A stretch of 64,000 bases of DNA from Planctomycetota bacterium (GTDB lineage Bacteria > Planctomycetota > GCA-002687715 > CAIWVZ01), in NCBI GenBank assembly GCA_044222185.1, contig JBGANV010000001.1, positions 960,001 to 1,024,000 on the forward strand, in the 5' to 3' direction. The notes beneath the pieces were generated by a model. It had not been told where the DNA came from. It saw only the letters and a program-made list of their open reading frames with translations, and did not search any database. Each line of letters opens with the position of its first letter. Positions within the stretch are counted from its first letter, which is position 1. Shown piece by piece: positions 17,492 through 26,808 of this stretch. The translations under genes and the position numbers were made by a program.

Positions 17492-19675
17492 GTGACCGAC
17501 ACGTCAGCGGAAGAGGTCCTCGAGGGCACGATCGAGAAGATCCTGTACGAGGACGAGACGTCGGGGTTCGGCGTCGTCCTGCTCGAGCCGGCCATCGGCC
17601 GCGGGGCGGTCGTCGCGGCCGGCCAGATCTCGCGTCCCATCGCGGGTCAGACGTTCCGCTTTCACGGCGAGTGGCACGAGCACCCCAGGTTCGGCCGTCA
17701 GCTCAAGGTCTCGACCATGATCCCGGTGACTCCGGAAACGGAGGATGGGATCCGTCGCTACCTCGCATCGGGTCGGTTCTCGGGCATCGGGACGGCGACC
17801 GCCGGGAAGATCGTCGACGCTCTCGGACCAAAGACGTTCGACACGCTGCTTTCCGATGACTCCGACGTTCGCGTGGAGGGGATCGGCAAGAAGAAGCTGA
17901 AGAAGCTGCGAGCCGCACTGCGTGAAGAGCGGGCACGCATCGATGCGATGGTGTTTCTCGCGAGCCTGGGCCTCACACCGAGACTCTCCCAGGCGATCCT
18001 CGACCGCTACGGCGCGACGACGATCGACGTCGTGCGCCGCGATCCCTACCTGCTGTGCCAGACCGTGGATGGAATCGGCTTCCAGACGGCCGATCGGATC
18101 GCCGGCGCCGTCGGGATCACCGGCAACCATCCCAAGCGGATTCGGGCCGGCGTGGCCTACGTCATCGAGCTCGGTCGCGAGCAGGGGCACGTCTGCCTCC
18201 CGCGCAACGTGGCCACGCAACGTGCTGCCGCCGTACTCCAGGCGGACATCGGAGACGTCGAGGACGGCATCGACGCTGCGCTCCAGGCCGCGCTGCTCAT
18301 CGAGGACGACGCGCCCGACGGCACGGAGCTGCTCTATCTGCCCGTTCTGCACCGCGCCGAAGTGTTCGTCGCCGGCTGCCTCCTTCGATCCGAGGGCCGG
18401 CGACCGATCCTGCGAGACGGCGAGATGCTCTATTGGGACTTCCCGGCGATGCTCTCGGATGAACAGCGCGACGCCGTGATGCTCCTGTTGCGGAGCCCGG
18501 TTGCCGTCTTGACCGGCGGTCCCGGCGTCGGCAAGACGACGGTGCTGAAGGCCTTCGTGAACGCGGCACGATCCGTGAAGCGCAAGGTAGAGCTCTGCGC
18601 GCCGACCGGCCGCGCGGCACGCCGGCTCGAGGAAGCAACCAACCATTCGGCGAGCACCATTCACAGGCTCCTGCGAATCGCGCCGAATGCCGTTGCAGTG
18701 GAGCGCCCCCCGGAGGAGATCCGCGCCGACGCTCTCGTGATCGACGAAGCCTCGATGCTCGACCTCCCGCTCTTCGCGCGCGTGCTCGAGGCGCTCCCGT
18801 CCCATGCATCGCTCATCCTCGTGGGCGACAAGGACCAGCTGCCGTCGATCGGCCCGGGAGACGTTCTCAACGATCTGATCGCAAGTGGGGTGGTTCCCGT
18901 GGCGCGACTGACCCGTATCTATCGCCAGGAGTCCCACGGTCTGATCGTGCGCAACGCCCACCGTGTTCTTGCTGGCGACCCTCCCGTCTTCCCTCCGCCA
19001 GGAGACGACAGCGACTTCTACTTCATGGAACGGAATTCGCCGGAGGACGCGGCCCAGCTCATCCGAGACCTCGTGGCAACACGTCTCCCCGGGCATTTCG
19101 GCGTGAACCCCCGCGAGGACATCCAGGTTCTCTGCCCCATGCACCGCGGCGCCGCCGGCACGGACGCCATCAACGACCTGCTCCAGGACACGCTGAATGG
19201 AGACAAGCCCGGTGCACGCAAGGGCGACAGGCGGCTGCGCGTGGGTGACCGTGTGATCTTCACTCGAAACGACTACGACAAGTCGCTTTCCAACGGAGAC
19301 CTGGGCCAGGTCGTCGGCATCAACCCGGAATCAGGAGTCGTCGACATCGTCTTCGGCCACGAGCCGCACACGTTCCGGGAGTGGAAGGACCTTTCGCTCG
19401 CGTTCGCACTCACGGTCCACAAAGCTCAGGGTTCCGAGTACCCGGTCGTGATCATCCCTCTGTTCACGGAACAGCGCATCATGCTGCGCCGCAGCCTCGT
19501 CTACACGGCGATGACTCGTGCGAAGAAGCTCCTGATCATCGTCGGACAGAAAGCCGCGTTGGCCATGGCGATCGAGGAGAGCCGGCGGTGGAGCCGCTGG
19601 ACGCTGCTGCGTTCCCGCCTCGGTGCATCCATCGCGACGCTCGACGAGGACGCCTCCGAACCTGTCGACGATTGA
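17492..19675 (+). CDS. recD2: ATP-dependent RecD2-like DNA helicase
   Basis: N-terminal OB/HhH region (HPRFGRQ, GIG), GGPGVGKTT, DEASM, GDKDQLPSIGPG, TVHKAQGSEY. Confidence 0.93.
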   Translation: MTDTSAEEVLEGTIEKILYEDETSGFGVVLLEPAIGRGAVVAAGQISRPIAGQTFRFHGEWHEHPRFGRQLKVSTMIPVTPETEDGIRRYLASGRFSGIGTATAGKIVDALGPKTFDTLLSDDSDVRVEGIGKKKLKKLRAALREERARIDAMVFLASLGLTPRLSQAILDRYGATTIDVVRRDPYLLCQTVDGIGFQTADRIAGAVGITGNHPKRIRAGVAYVIELGREQGHVCLPRNVATQRAAAVLQADIGDVEDGIDAALQAALLIEDDAPDGTELLYLPVLHRAEVFVAGCLLRSEGRRPILRDGEMLYWDFPAMLSDEQRDAVMLLLRSPVAVLTGGPGVGKTTVLKAFVNAARSVKRKVELCAPTGRAARRLEEATNHSASTIHRLLRIAPNAVAVERPPEEIRADALVIDEASMLDLPLFARVLEALPSHASLILVGDKDQLPSIGPGDVLNDLIASGVVPVARLTRIYRQESHGLIVRNAHRVLAGDPPVFPPPGDDSDFYFMERNSPEDAAQLIRDLVATRLPGHFGVNPREDIQVLCPMHRGAAGTDAINDLLQDTLNGDKPGARKGDRRLRVGDRVIFTRNDYDKSLSNGDLGQVVGINPESGVVDIVFGHEPHTFREWKDLSLAFALTVHKAQGSEYPVVIIPLFTEQRIMLRRSLVYTAMTRAKKLLIIVGQKAALAMAIEESRRWSRWTLLRSRLGASIATLDEDASEPVDD

Positions 19676-19715
19676 TCCGCGGAGTCCGGGGGTCGTCGGT
19701 ATAGTGGCGGCCTCC

Positions 19716-20558
19716 ATGCGACTTTTCTTCGTTTCCGACCTCCATGTGGACGTGCCCGGCAACGAGCCGTTCGTTCGCTCCGTGGCCGCGCTCGCGGCTG
19801 ACGAGAAGCCCGACGTGATCGTCGTCGCCGGCGATGTCTGCAACGGCCCTGCTCGGCTCGAGGAGACCCTCGCGTGGTTTCGACCGCACGCGCCGCACGC
19901 GCTCTTCGTTCCAGGCAACCACGACCTATGGACACTCGGTGAATCCGAGTCGGCCCGCGACATCTACTATCGGACGCTGCCACGGGTGGCGGCGGCGGCA
20001 GGTTTCACCTCGTTGGCGACGGAGCCCATGGTCCTCGGCTCGACGGCGTTCGTCGGAACGATGGCGTGGTACGACTACTCGTTCGCCGACCCGGCGGACG
20101 GTTTCACTGACGACCAGCTTCGCTCGAAGATCCGCAACGGCATGCAGTGGATGGATGCACGGTTCGTCCGCTGGGTCGACGGCGGGGGCGTGAGCCTTTC
20201 GGACGCCGACGTGACCGAGCTCATGTGCGAAGACCTGCGGGACCAACTCGACGCGGTGACGGACGATTCCGTCGACAAGGTGATTCTCGTCACGCATCAC
20301 CTGCCGGACGTGCGGTTGTCTCCGCCGTCGTTCTATTCCGAGCGACTGGCGTTCTTCCGATCGTTCCTCGGCAGCAACCGCTTTGCCCAGATCTGCGGCG
20401 CCGATCCACGAGTGACGCTCGCTCTCGCGGGCCACGTCCACGCGATCCGCAGCGTCCAACTGGGTGGGCTTGCGATGCGGACCTGCCCCGTCGGTTACCC
20501 GAAGGATCGGGTGACGGCCGTCGAACCGTCGGAGCGCAGGCTACTCATCGACGTCTGA
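19716..20558 (+). CDS. Calcineurin-like metallophosphoesterase
   Basis: SDLH, AGD, GNHD, THH, GHVH motifs. Confidence 0.88.
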   Translation: MRLFFVSDLHVDVPGNEPFVRSVAALAADEKPDVIVVAGDVCNGPARLEETLAWFRPHAPHALFVPGNHDLWTLGESESARDIYYRTLPRVAAAAGFTSLATEPMVLGSTAFVGTMAWYDYSFADPADGFTDDQLRSKIRNGMQWMDARFVRWVDGGGVSLSDADVTELMCEDLRDQLDAVTDDSVDKVILVTHHLPDVRLSPPSFYSERLAFFRSFLGSNRFAQICGADPRVTLALAGHVHAIRSVQLGGLAMRTCPVGYPKDRVTAVEPSERRLLIDV

Positions 20559-20560
20559 CC

Positions 20561-21451
20561 ATGCGGCTTCTCGTCGTCCTTCCAACCTACAACGAGGCGT
20601 TGAACCTCCGGCAGATGGTCACGGAACTGCTGGCGCTCCCGGTGCCGACGGATGTCCTCGTGGTCGACGACGCGTCGCCAGATGGGACCTCCGACGAAGC
20701 GCTCGCGCTCGGGCGTGAGCACCCTGGACGGATCCAACTGCTTCGTCGGACCGGGAAGCTCGGCCTCGGCTCGGCCTATCGCGACGGGCTCGCGCGTGCC
20801 CTGACCTGGGGAACCCATTCCTGGATCGCCCTCATGGACTGCGACTTTTCGCACCCACCTCCGGCGCTTGCCGCCATGGTCGAAGCGGCGAGCCGGGCAG
20901 ACATGGTCGTCGGTTCGCGCTACGTGCCCGGCGGGTCGGTGAGCGGGTGGGGATTCCACCGGCGGTGGCTCAGCCGAAACGCGAACCGGCTCGCCCGGGC
21001 GTGGCTCGGGCTCCCGGTCTCCGACTACACGTCCGGGTTCATGCTCATGCGCCGCACCGCGCTCGAGAGCATGCGAGTTTCGCGCGGAAGCTGCGAGGGA
21101 TACGCGGCGACGATCGAGCTCAAGTGCATGGCATTCGCGAGCCAGGCCAGGATCGCGGAGGTCCCCATCGTCTTTCGTGACAGGGAACGCGGCAAGTCGA
21201 AGCTCGATCTCCGAATCGTGCTGGAGGCCATCCGTCGTCTCACGGATCTGAAGCGACGGCTGGGAGAGTGGGCGCGCGAAGACGGTTCACACGCTGCGCG
21301 CACCACGCAAACTCGCGACGAGCGTCAAAAGTCCCCACAGGCCGAACGAGGCGGCCACCATCCCGCCGCCCAGTTGCACCATGGGCGCGAAGGCGGCGTC
21401 GAGCCGGGTCAGCCACCAGCCGCCGACGTCGATCAGCAGGCCGCCGGCTGA
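20561..21451 (+). CDS. Polyprenol-monophosphomannose synthase-like GT2
   Basis: PTYNE, VDDASPDGT, KLGLGSAY, MDCDFSH, GSRY. The 3' tail overlaps the convergent gene. Confidence 0.88.
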   Translation: MRLLVVLPTYNEALNLRQMVTELLALPVPTDVLVVDDASPDGTSDEALALGREHPGRIQLLRRTGKLGLGSAYRDGLARALTWGTHSWIALMDCDFSHPPPALAAMVEAASRADMVVGSRYVPGGSVSGWGFHRRWLSRNANRLARAWLGLPVSDYTSGFMLMRRTALESMRVSRGSCEGYAATIELKCMAFASQARIAEVPIVFRDRERGKSKLDLRIVLEAIRRLTDLKRRLGEWAREDGSHAARTTQTRDERQKSPQAERGGHHPAAQLHHGREGGVEPGQPPAADVDQQAAG

Positions 21452-22060
21452 GAGAATCCACAGCCCGAAACGAATGCGCTCGGCGACGCGGAGGCGCTCG
21501 GTGATCAGCGCGTAGACGAGGAACGCGAAACCGATCGCGAAGAGATGAATGTGCGACACCCACGCGAGACTCTTCCACGGCATGGCGGAGTCGCTGGGCC
21601 CCGTGTACTTCGACACGTCTTCGTACGACTCGAGCGGCGCGCCGGGGTTCTCGCCCTTGGCTCGATCCGCTCCGCGGTGGTGGCAGGGCGTGCAGTTGAG
21701 CTTGATCATCGGCGCCATCGCGGCGTCGTAGGACTTGTCCTCCGCGCCGTCCTTCCAGGTCCGCGGTGCGGACTGCGATAGCCAGGCGAGAAGCGCCTTG
21801 CCGTCGTCTCCCGGCGGCAGGTATTCCTGCATGCTTCCCGCCGTGAGCTGGGACAGCATGCGGCTCTTCCCCTTCTCGCCATGGAAGGTGAGTTCTATGT
21901 CCCGGCGCGTGAGGCCGGGTTCGCCGTCTGCCATCTCGCGGTTCAGGTAGAGGTTCAACGCGGCCGCCCCATACGAAAGCGACGTGAGGATCGCGAATCC
22001 GGCGAAAACGGCGCGCGTGGTCCTTGAGATGGGCAGGTTGGGGTTCGGGCTGGGTGTCAT
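21287..22060 (-). CDS. Membrane protein with a single CxxCH haem-c motif
   Basis: N-terminal TM, CTPCH in a soluble loop, 'VSHIHLF' followed by 3 TM segments. Confidence 0.65.
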   Translation of the reverse strand: MTPSPNPNLPISRTTRAVFAGFAILTSLSYGAAALNLYLNREMADGEPGLTRRDIELTFHGEKGKSRMLSQLTAGSMQEYLPPGDDGKALLAWLSQSAPRTWKDGAEDKSYDAAMAPMIKLNCTPCHHRGADRAKGENPGAPLESYEDVSKYTGPSDSAMPWKSLAWVSHIHLFAIGFAFLVYALITERLRVAERIRFGLWILSAGGLLIDVGGWWLTRLDAAFAPMVQLGGGMVAASFGLWGLLTLVASLRGARSV

Positions 22061-22133
22061 CGGCGGAACTCACTCCCGGGTCGCGGAGATCGGATGATTG
22101 CCGCAAACCCGGGACGTCGTGGGGGTCGGGTCG

Positions 22134-22943
22134 TTAACCGGAGGTGGGGCGCCTCCAAACGACCTGCAGGTGGTGTGCCCGACCGAGACCGAGTTCCGTC
22201 GGACCGAGCTTAGCTTCCATTTCGAGGAGCTGACGCCGGAGCTGGCGGTCGTCGAGCCAGGGATGCCCGTGACGGAGGTCGAAGACGGTCTTGCCGATCA
22301 GGTGTTCCACCTCGAGACCGGAACGACTCCCGAGCGTCCGCAATTCCTCCGGCGTGAACGCATGCAGCGGGAAGCGCTCCTCGGCGCGATCCGCGAGCCA
22401 GACCGAGCTTCCCGTCCGGAGAAAGCCGTCGAGCCCCTCCAGGTCGTGGCGGGTCAGGAAGGGGTCGATTCCTCCGAAACGGGAATCGACGGACATCACT
22501 GCGACGCCGCCCGGGCGCAGGACGCGGCGGATGTTTCGAACAGCCTCCCGTGGATCCTCCACGAACGAGAGCGGGTCACCCTGTCCCGTCACGAGCCCGA
22601 AGGAATCGTCCGGAAGCCCGTCGAGAGTCTGGAGGTCGGCCTTCACGAAGGTCGAGGGGCGGGACGGGAACGCAGTGGTCGCCTTGGCCTGCGCACGATC
22701 GAGCATGGCCTGCGAGAGGTCCGAGAAGGTCACCCGGAACCCCGACTTCAGCAGCTCCAGACCGTAGAGCCCCGTCCCGCAACCCGCGTCGAGCACGGGT
22801 TGTGAGAGGTCCGCCGGCAGCCACCGCCGCAGGTGCCGGTAGCTCACGTCGAAGTAGTAGTCCCAGTAGGTGTCGCGTGCGTAGATGTCGTCGTATCGGG
22901 CGGCGACGCGGTCGTGGTAGTGCTCGTTCGGCCCCTTCTTCAT
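22134..22943 (-). CDS. Class I SAM-dependent methyltransferase
   Basis: VLDAGCGTG, DLSQAML, LRPGG. Confidence 0.9.
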   Translation of the reverse strand: MKKGPNEHYHDRVAARYDDIYARDTYWDYYFDVSYRHLRRWLPADLSQPVLDAGCGTGLYGLELLKSGFRVTFSDLSQAMLDRAQAKATTAFPSRPSTFVKADLQTLDGLPDDSFGLVTGQGDPLSFVEDPREAVRNIRRVLRPGGVAVMSVDSRFGGIDPFLTRHDLEGLDGFLRTGSSVWLADRAEERFPLHAFTPEELRTLGSRSGLEVEHLIGKTVFDLRHGHPWLDDRQLRRQLLEMEAKLGPTELGLGRAHHLQVVWRRPTSG

Positions 22944-22976
22944 GCCGCCCGTTGTACCGCGAACGTCGCCCCCACG

Positions 22977-23747
22977 TCACTTCGGTGCCGTCAAGCTCAT
23001 CGTCTTCGCCAGCTGGCGAAAGGCCTCCACCGTCCGGTCCCGGTCACCCGGGCCGGAGGAGTAGCCGATGCCGACGGCCTGCCCCGACGTTTCGAGGCGC
23101 AGGCAGACCCCGAGCACCCCCGTCCCGGACCGCCCGAGCGACGCCTCGACGACGTTGCAGGCAGCGGGCGTACCCATCCAGTCGATCTCCTGGATTTCCA
23201 CCGGCCGTGGATCCACACCACGCGAACGAAGCGTCCGAAGCGTCATGTCCTGGAGGAGCTTCATCACGGACTCGGCGACTTCCGGGAGGAGCCCGCTACG
23301 GCGATGAACGAGCACGAACATCGATGCGTCGACGAACGGCCGCGCGATGCCGACGGATTGCGGCGTGATCCGCATCATGACTCCGTCCGTCCCGACCTTC
23401 GTACGTTGGACGTTCCACCCCGCCGGGAACAGGAAGGTCACGCCGAACTCGGGGTCGCGAAACACGTCGAACTGGCGCGCCAGTTCCGCGAGGGCTCCCA
23501 CGTCGAGGGAGGTCCGCGGGATCCGGCCGATCAGTTCGTCCGACGCGCCAGCGATGCGGAGTGCTTCCAGGTCCTCCGAGCGGGCCGGGTCGAATCCACC
23601 GAGGCGGGTTGCGACCGCCACGATCTCGGACTCCGACACCCCCACTTCCAGCAAGGTCAGGGCCTCGGCTGCCGAGAGCCGCGGTTCCCCGTGGGCGGGC
23701 CCGGCGAGTGCGAACAGGACGAGCAGGCAGGACCATCGACGCATCAC
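22977..23747 (-). CDS. Hypothetical secreted protein
   Basis: Signal peptide (AHG|E), coherent codon usage; no confident family. Confidence 0.6.
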   Translation of the reverse strand: MMRRWSCLLVLFALAGPAHGEPRLSAAEALTLLEVGVSESEIVAVATRLGGFDPARSEDLEALRIAGASDELIGRIPRTSLDVGALAELARQFDVFRDPEFGVTFLFPAGWNVQRTKVGTDGVMMRITPQSVGIARPFVDASMFVLVHRRSGLLPEVAESVMKLLQDMTLRTLRSRGVDPRPVEIQEIDWMGTPAACNVVEASLGRSGTGVLGVCLRLETSGQAVGIGYSSGPGDRDRTVEAFRQLAKTMSLTAPK

Positions 23748-23925
23748 GACCTCCCAGGGAGATCATCGGCCGTCGCGGCGTCGCCATGAGCGGCGTACTC
23801 ACCGGGGCATGAGGCATGACCGGGAAGCCGGTCGCCGCCCCTCGCCTGAGCTGGCAAACCCGACGCAGTTGCGGTCTTTCGAGCGAGCCCCGACGACCGT
23901 CACGACGTGTTGTAGAGTGTGGCCG

Positions 23926-24528
23926 ATGCATCTGGCCGACACGATGGTCGCGTCCACCGCGCACTGCCTCGGAACTCCGACGGTCCTCGAATTCAGCGAA
24001 CCCATGAGCCGGGCTGAATTCCGCGACGTGATGGAATTCCTGCCGCTCGGTCGCCGTCACGACGCGATCGTCGTCGTGCGATCCAGTCGTGGTCGGTTCG
24101 CGGCAATCCGCAAGCCGACCTACCCGCCGGGTGCCTGGCGTTTTCCCGGCGGAGGCGTCGACCGAGGGGAAACCCTGGTCGACGGCGCGGCTCGCGAGCT
24201 TCGCGAGGAGTGCGGCCTCCCACTCTCCCCCACGCGATATCTCGCGCGAGCCACGGTGACCTTCGTCATCGACGGCGCGCCGCTCACATGGGTGACGCAC
24301 GCGTTCGCTTGCGACTCCGACGACGAGACCGAGCTCCAGCCCACCGACCACGGCGAGGCGATCGCACAGGCCGAATGGGTCGACGCAGGCGCCGTCGCCG
24401 CAGGCAACGCACTCTTCCGCGGTACGGGACGTGCCGCGCTGAACTATCGAGGGCGCCTCCAGGACGCCCTCTTGCCGCTGCTCCGCCCGAACCCCTCACA
24501 CTCCAACCCGACTGGTCCCCATCGATGA
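23926..24528 (+). CDS. NUDIX hydrolase
   Basis: Nudix box GGGVDRGETLVDGAARELREECG; start re-chosen at ATG 23926. Confidence 0.85.
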   Translation: MHLADTMVASTAHCLGTPTVLEFSEPMSRAEFRDVMEFLPLGRRHDAIVVVRSSRGRFAAIRKPTYPPGAWRFPGGGVDRGETLVDGAARELREECGLPLSPTRYLARATVTFVIDGAPLTWVTHAFACDSDDETELQPTDHGEAIAQAEWVDAGAVAAGNALFRGTGRAALNYRGRLQDALLPLLRPNPSHSNPTGPHR

Positions 24529-25130
24529 GTCCCGAAACCGCCGTCTCGACCCAAAAAGGCTCTCAGTACACGATCGACCGTTACGTGAGCGACGTCACCG
24601 CCGCGATGGACCGAAACCTCTCGCTCGAAGACACGGTTCGTCTGATCGTCGATGCCAAGAGGAAGTTCGTGCTCGGGGGGCTGGGCCTGCCCGCGGGCTT
24701 GATGAAGCTCCATCCCACGGCGCCCTATACCCGCAACCTGGTGCATCAGGACCCGAAGAACCGCTTCACGGTGATCGCGATCCTCTGGGGTGCTTTCCAG
24801 GAAACCGCCGTCCACGATCACGTCAACTGGTGCGTCGTGGGCCTCGTCAGCGGTCTCGCACACACGGTGAACTACGACCGGGTCGACGACGATTCACACG
24901 CGGGAACGGCTGAGCTGCAGGTCCGCGATTCCCAGGTCATCCGCCCCGGAACCGTCACCGCGCTCCTGCCGCCGCCGCGTTCGAACATCCACAAGATGGC
25001 GAATGCGAACCGCGGCCTCACGGTGAGTCTGCATACCTACGGCGATCCGGGGACTCGCGCGACGGCCTTCGACCCGAAGGCAGGGACCTACCAGTCGATC
25101 GACCTGCGCTTCCACAACCTAGAACCGTGA
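24525..25130 (+). CDS. Cysteine dioxygenase family (thiol dioxygenase) cupin
   Basis: YTRNL, VHDH, NIH, SLHTY motifs; ATGA overlap with the NUDIX gene. Confidence 0.85.
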   Translation: MSPETAVSTQKGSQYTIDRYVSDVTAAMDRNLSLEDTVRLIVDAKRKFVLGGLGLPAGLMKLHPTAPYTRNLVHQDPKNRFTVIAILWGAFQETAVHDHVNWCVVGLVSGLAHTVNYDRVDDDSHAGTAELQVRDSQVIRPGTVTALLPPPRSNIHKMANANRGLTVSLHTYGDPGTRATAFDPKAGTYQSIDLRFHNLEP

Positions 25131-25131
25131 T

Positions 25132-25170
25132 GGAGTCGGGGTCGCGTGCCGGCAGCGCGCCGCCGACTCC
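25132..25170. terminator. Hairpin between convergent genes
   Basis: ggagtcgg...ccgactcc stem with further inner pairing. Confidence 0.5.
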
Positions 25171-25184
25171 CGACCGGGGGCAGA

Positions 25185-25511
25185 TCAGACGGAGAAGGAC
25201 TGCCCGCATCCGCAACCAGACTTCTCTTGCGGGTTGCGGATCTTGAAACCCGCGCCCGTCAGCGCGTCCACGTAATCGACCTGCGACCCGTTGACGTACT
25301 GGATGCTCTTCGGATCGACGAAGACCTGCACGCCGTTCGTTCCAAAGACGGTGTCGTCGTCGCGCTTCTTCGTGATGTCCATGCGGTACTGGAGGCCAGA
25401 GCAGCCGCCGCCCTCGACTGCGAGGCGCAGGCCCCAGTCGGTCAGCGCCTTCTGCTCGGAATCCAGGATCGACTTGATCTTCTCGGCGGCCTTCTCGGAA
25501 ACGGTGAGCAT
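25185..25511 (-). CDS. iscA: A-type Fe-S carrier (IscA/ErpA/HesB family)
   Basis: GGGCSG and CGCGQSF motifs. Confidence 0.93.
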   Translation of the reverse strand: MLTVSEKAAEKIKSILDSEQKALTDWGLRLAVEGGGCSGLQYRMDITKKRDDDTVFGTNGVQVFVDPKSIQYVNGSQVDYVDALTGAGFKIRNPQEKSGCGCGQSFSV

Positions 25512-25553
25512 GTGTTTTGTCTCGGCGGAAGTTGTTGTGTGAGGATAACCGGT

Positions 25554-26723
25554 TCAGCGGTGCCCTGGGGAAGTCCCGCGCATGGCGCGTAGTGCCCTGA
25601 CGCGCGCGACGACGATCTCGGCGGCGCGCGTGACATCCTGTTCGTCGTTGAAACGCCCCAAACCGAAACGGACCGACGCCAGCGCCAATTCCTCGCTCAG
25701 CCCGATGGCCCGCAGGACGTGGCTCGGCTCCAGCGAGGCGCTCCTGCAGGCCGAGCCCGACGACACGGCGAGTTCCTGGAGCGTCATCATGAGGGACTCG
25801 CCGTCGACGCCGGCGAACGAGAGGTTGAGATTGCCCGCGAGGCGACGGTCGGGGTCGCCATTCAGGACCACTCCATCGAGCCCGGCCGAGATCGCCGCGT
25901 GCAGACGATCGCGCAGCCTGCGAAGCCGGGTCTGCTCGTCCTGGATGGACGGAACCGCCAGGTCGATCGCCCGCGCAAAGCCGACGATCCCAGGCACGTT
26001 CAGCGTGCCCGACCGATGCCCGCCCTCGTGACCTCCCCCGTGGATCTGGGGGGCGAGCCTGATCTTGCGGCCTGAGGAGCGGACGTAAAGCGCGCCGACG
26101 CCCTTCGGTCCGTACACCTTGTGGGCGCTCACGGAGAGCAGGTCGATCCGATCGCGTTCCACGTCGATGGGGACGCGGCCCAGGAGCTGCGCGGCATCCG
26201 AATGGAACAGCACGCCGCGTACGCGACAGATCTCCCCGATCTCACGAAGGGGCTGAAGCGTGCCGATCTCGTTGTTCGCCGCCATCACCGAAACGAGGAA
26301 GGTTCGATCCGTGATCGCGTCGCGGATCGCCGCCGGGTCGACGATGCCGTTCTTCATCGGGGCCACGAGCGTGTGCGACACGTTGCGGCGCTCGAGTGCA
26401 TTCAGCGAATCGAGCACGCACTTGTGCTCGATCGCCGTCGAGACGACGTGGTCCCCACGCTCGACAGCCTCGGCGGCGCCCTTGATTGCGAGGTTGTTCG
26501 CTTCGGTCGCGCCGCTCACGAACACGATGTCGCGTGGCGGAGCGCCGATCGCCTTCGCGATCGTCTGGCGGCTGCGGTCCACGGCCTCCTCGGCCTCCCA
26601 ACCGAACGCGTGCGTCTTGCTCGCGGGGTTTCCGAACTGCTCCGTGAACCACGGGAGCATCGCTTCCACCACACGGGGGTCGACGGGGGTCGTGGCGTGG
26701 TTGTCGAGGTAGATGCGCTTCAT
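25554..26723 (-). CDS. iscS: Cysteine desulfurase (IscS/NifS group I)
   Basis: YLDNHATTP, SAHKVYGPKG, SSGSAC. Confidence 0.95.
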   Translation of the reverse strand: MKRIYLDNHATTPVDPRVVEAMLPWFTEQFGNPASKTHAFGWEAEEAVDRSRQTIAKAIGAPPRDIVFVSGATEANNLAIKGAAEAVERGDHVVSTAIEHKCVLDSLNALERRNVSHTLVAPMKNGIVDPAAIRDAITDRTFLVSVMAANNEIGTLQPLREIGEICRVRGVLFHSDAAQLLGRVPIDVERDRIDLLSVSAHKVYGPKGVGALYVRSSGRKIRLAPQIHGGGHEGGHRSGTLNVPGIVGFARAIDLAVPSIQDEQTRLRRLRDRLHAAISAGLDGVVLNGDPDRRLAGNLNLSFAGVDGESLMMTLQELAVSSGSACRSASLEPSHVLRAIGLSEELALASVRFGLGRFNDEQDVTRAAEIVVARVRALRAMRGTSPGHR

Positions 26724-26808
26724 GCCGATCAACGAGGACACAAGTGTAGGCACGAATGACCGCTCCCCCACGCTTGGGGACCCGATCCGACGCGACTACG
26801 CTTCCCGC

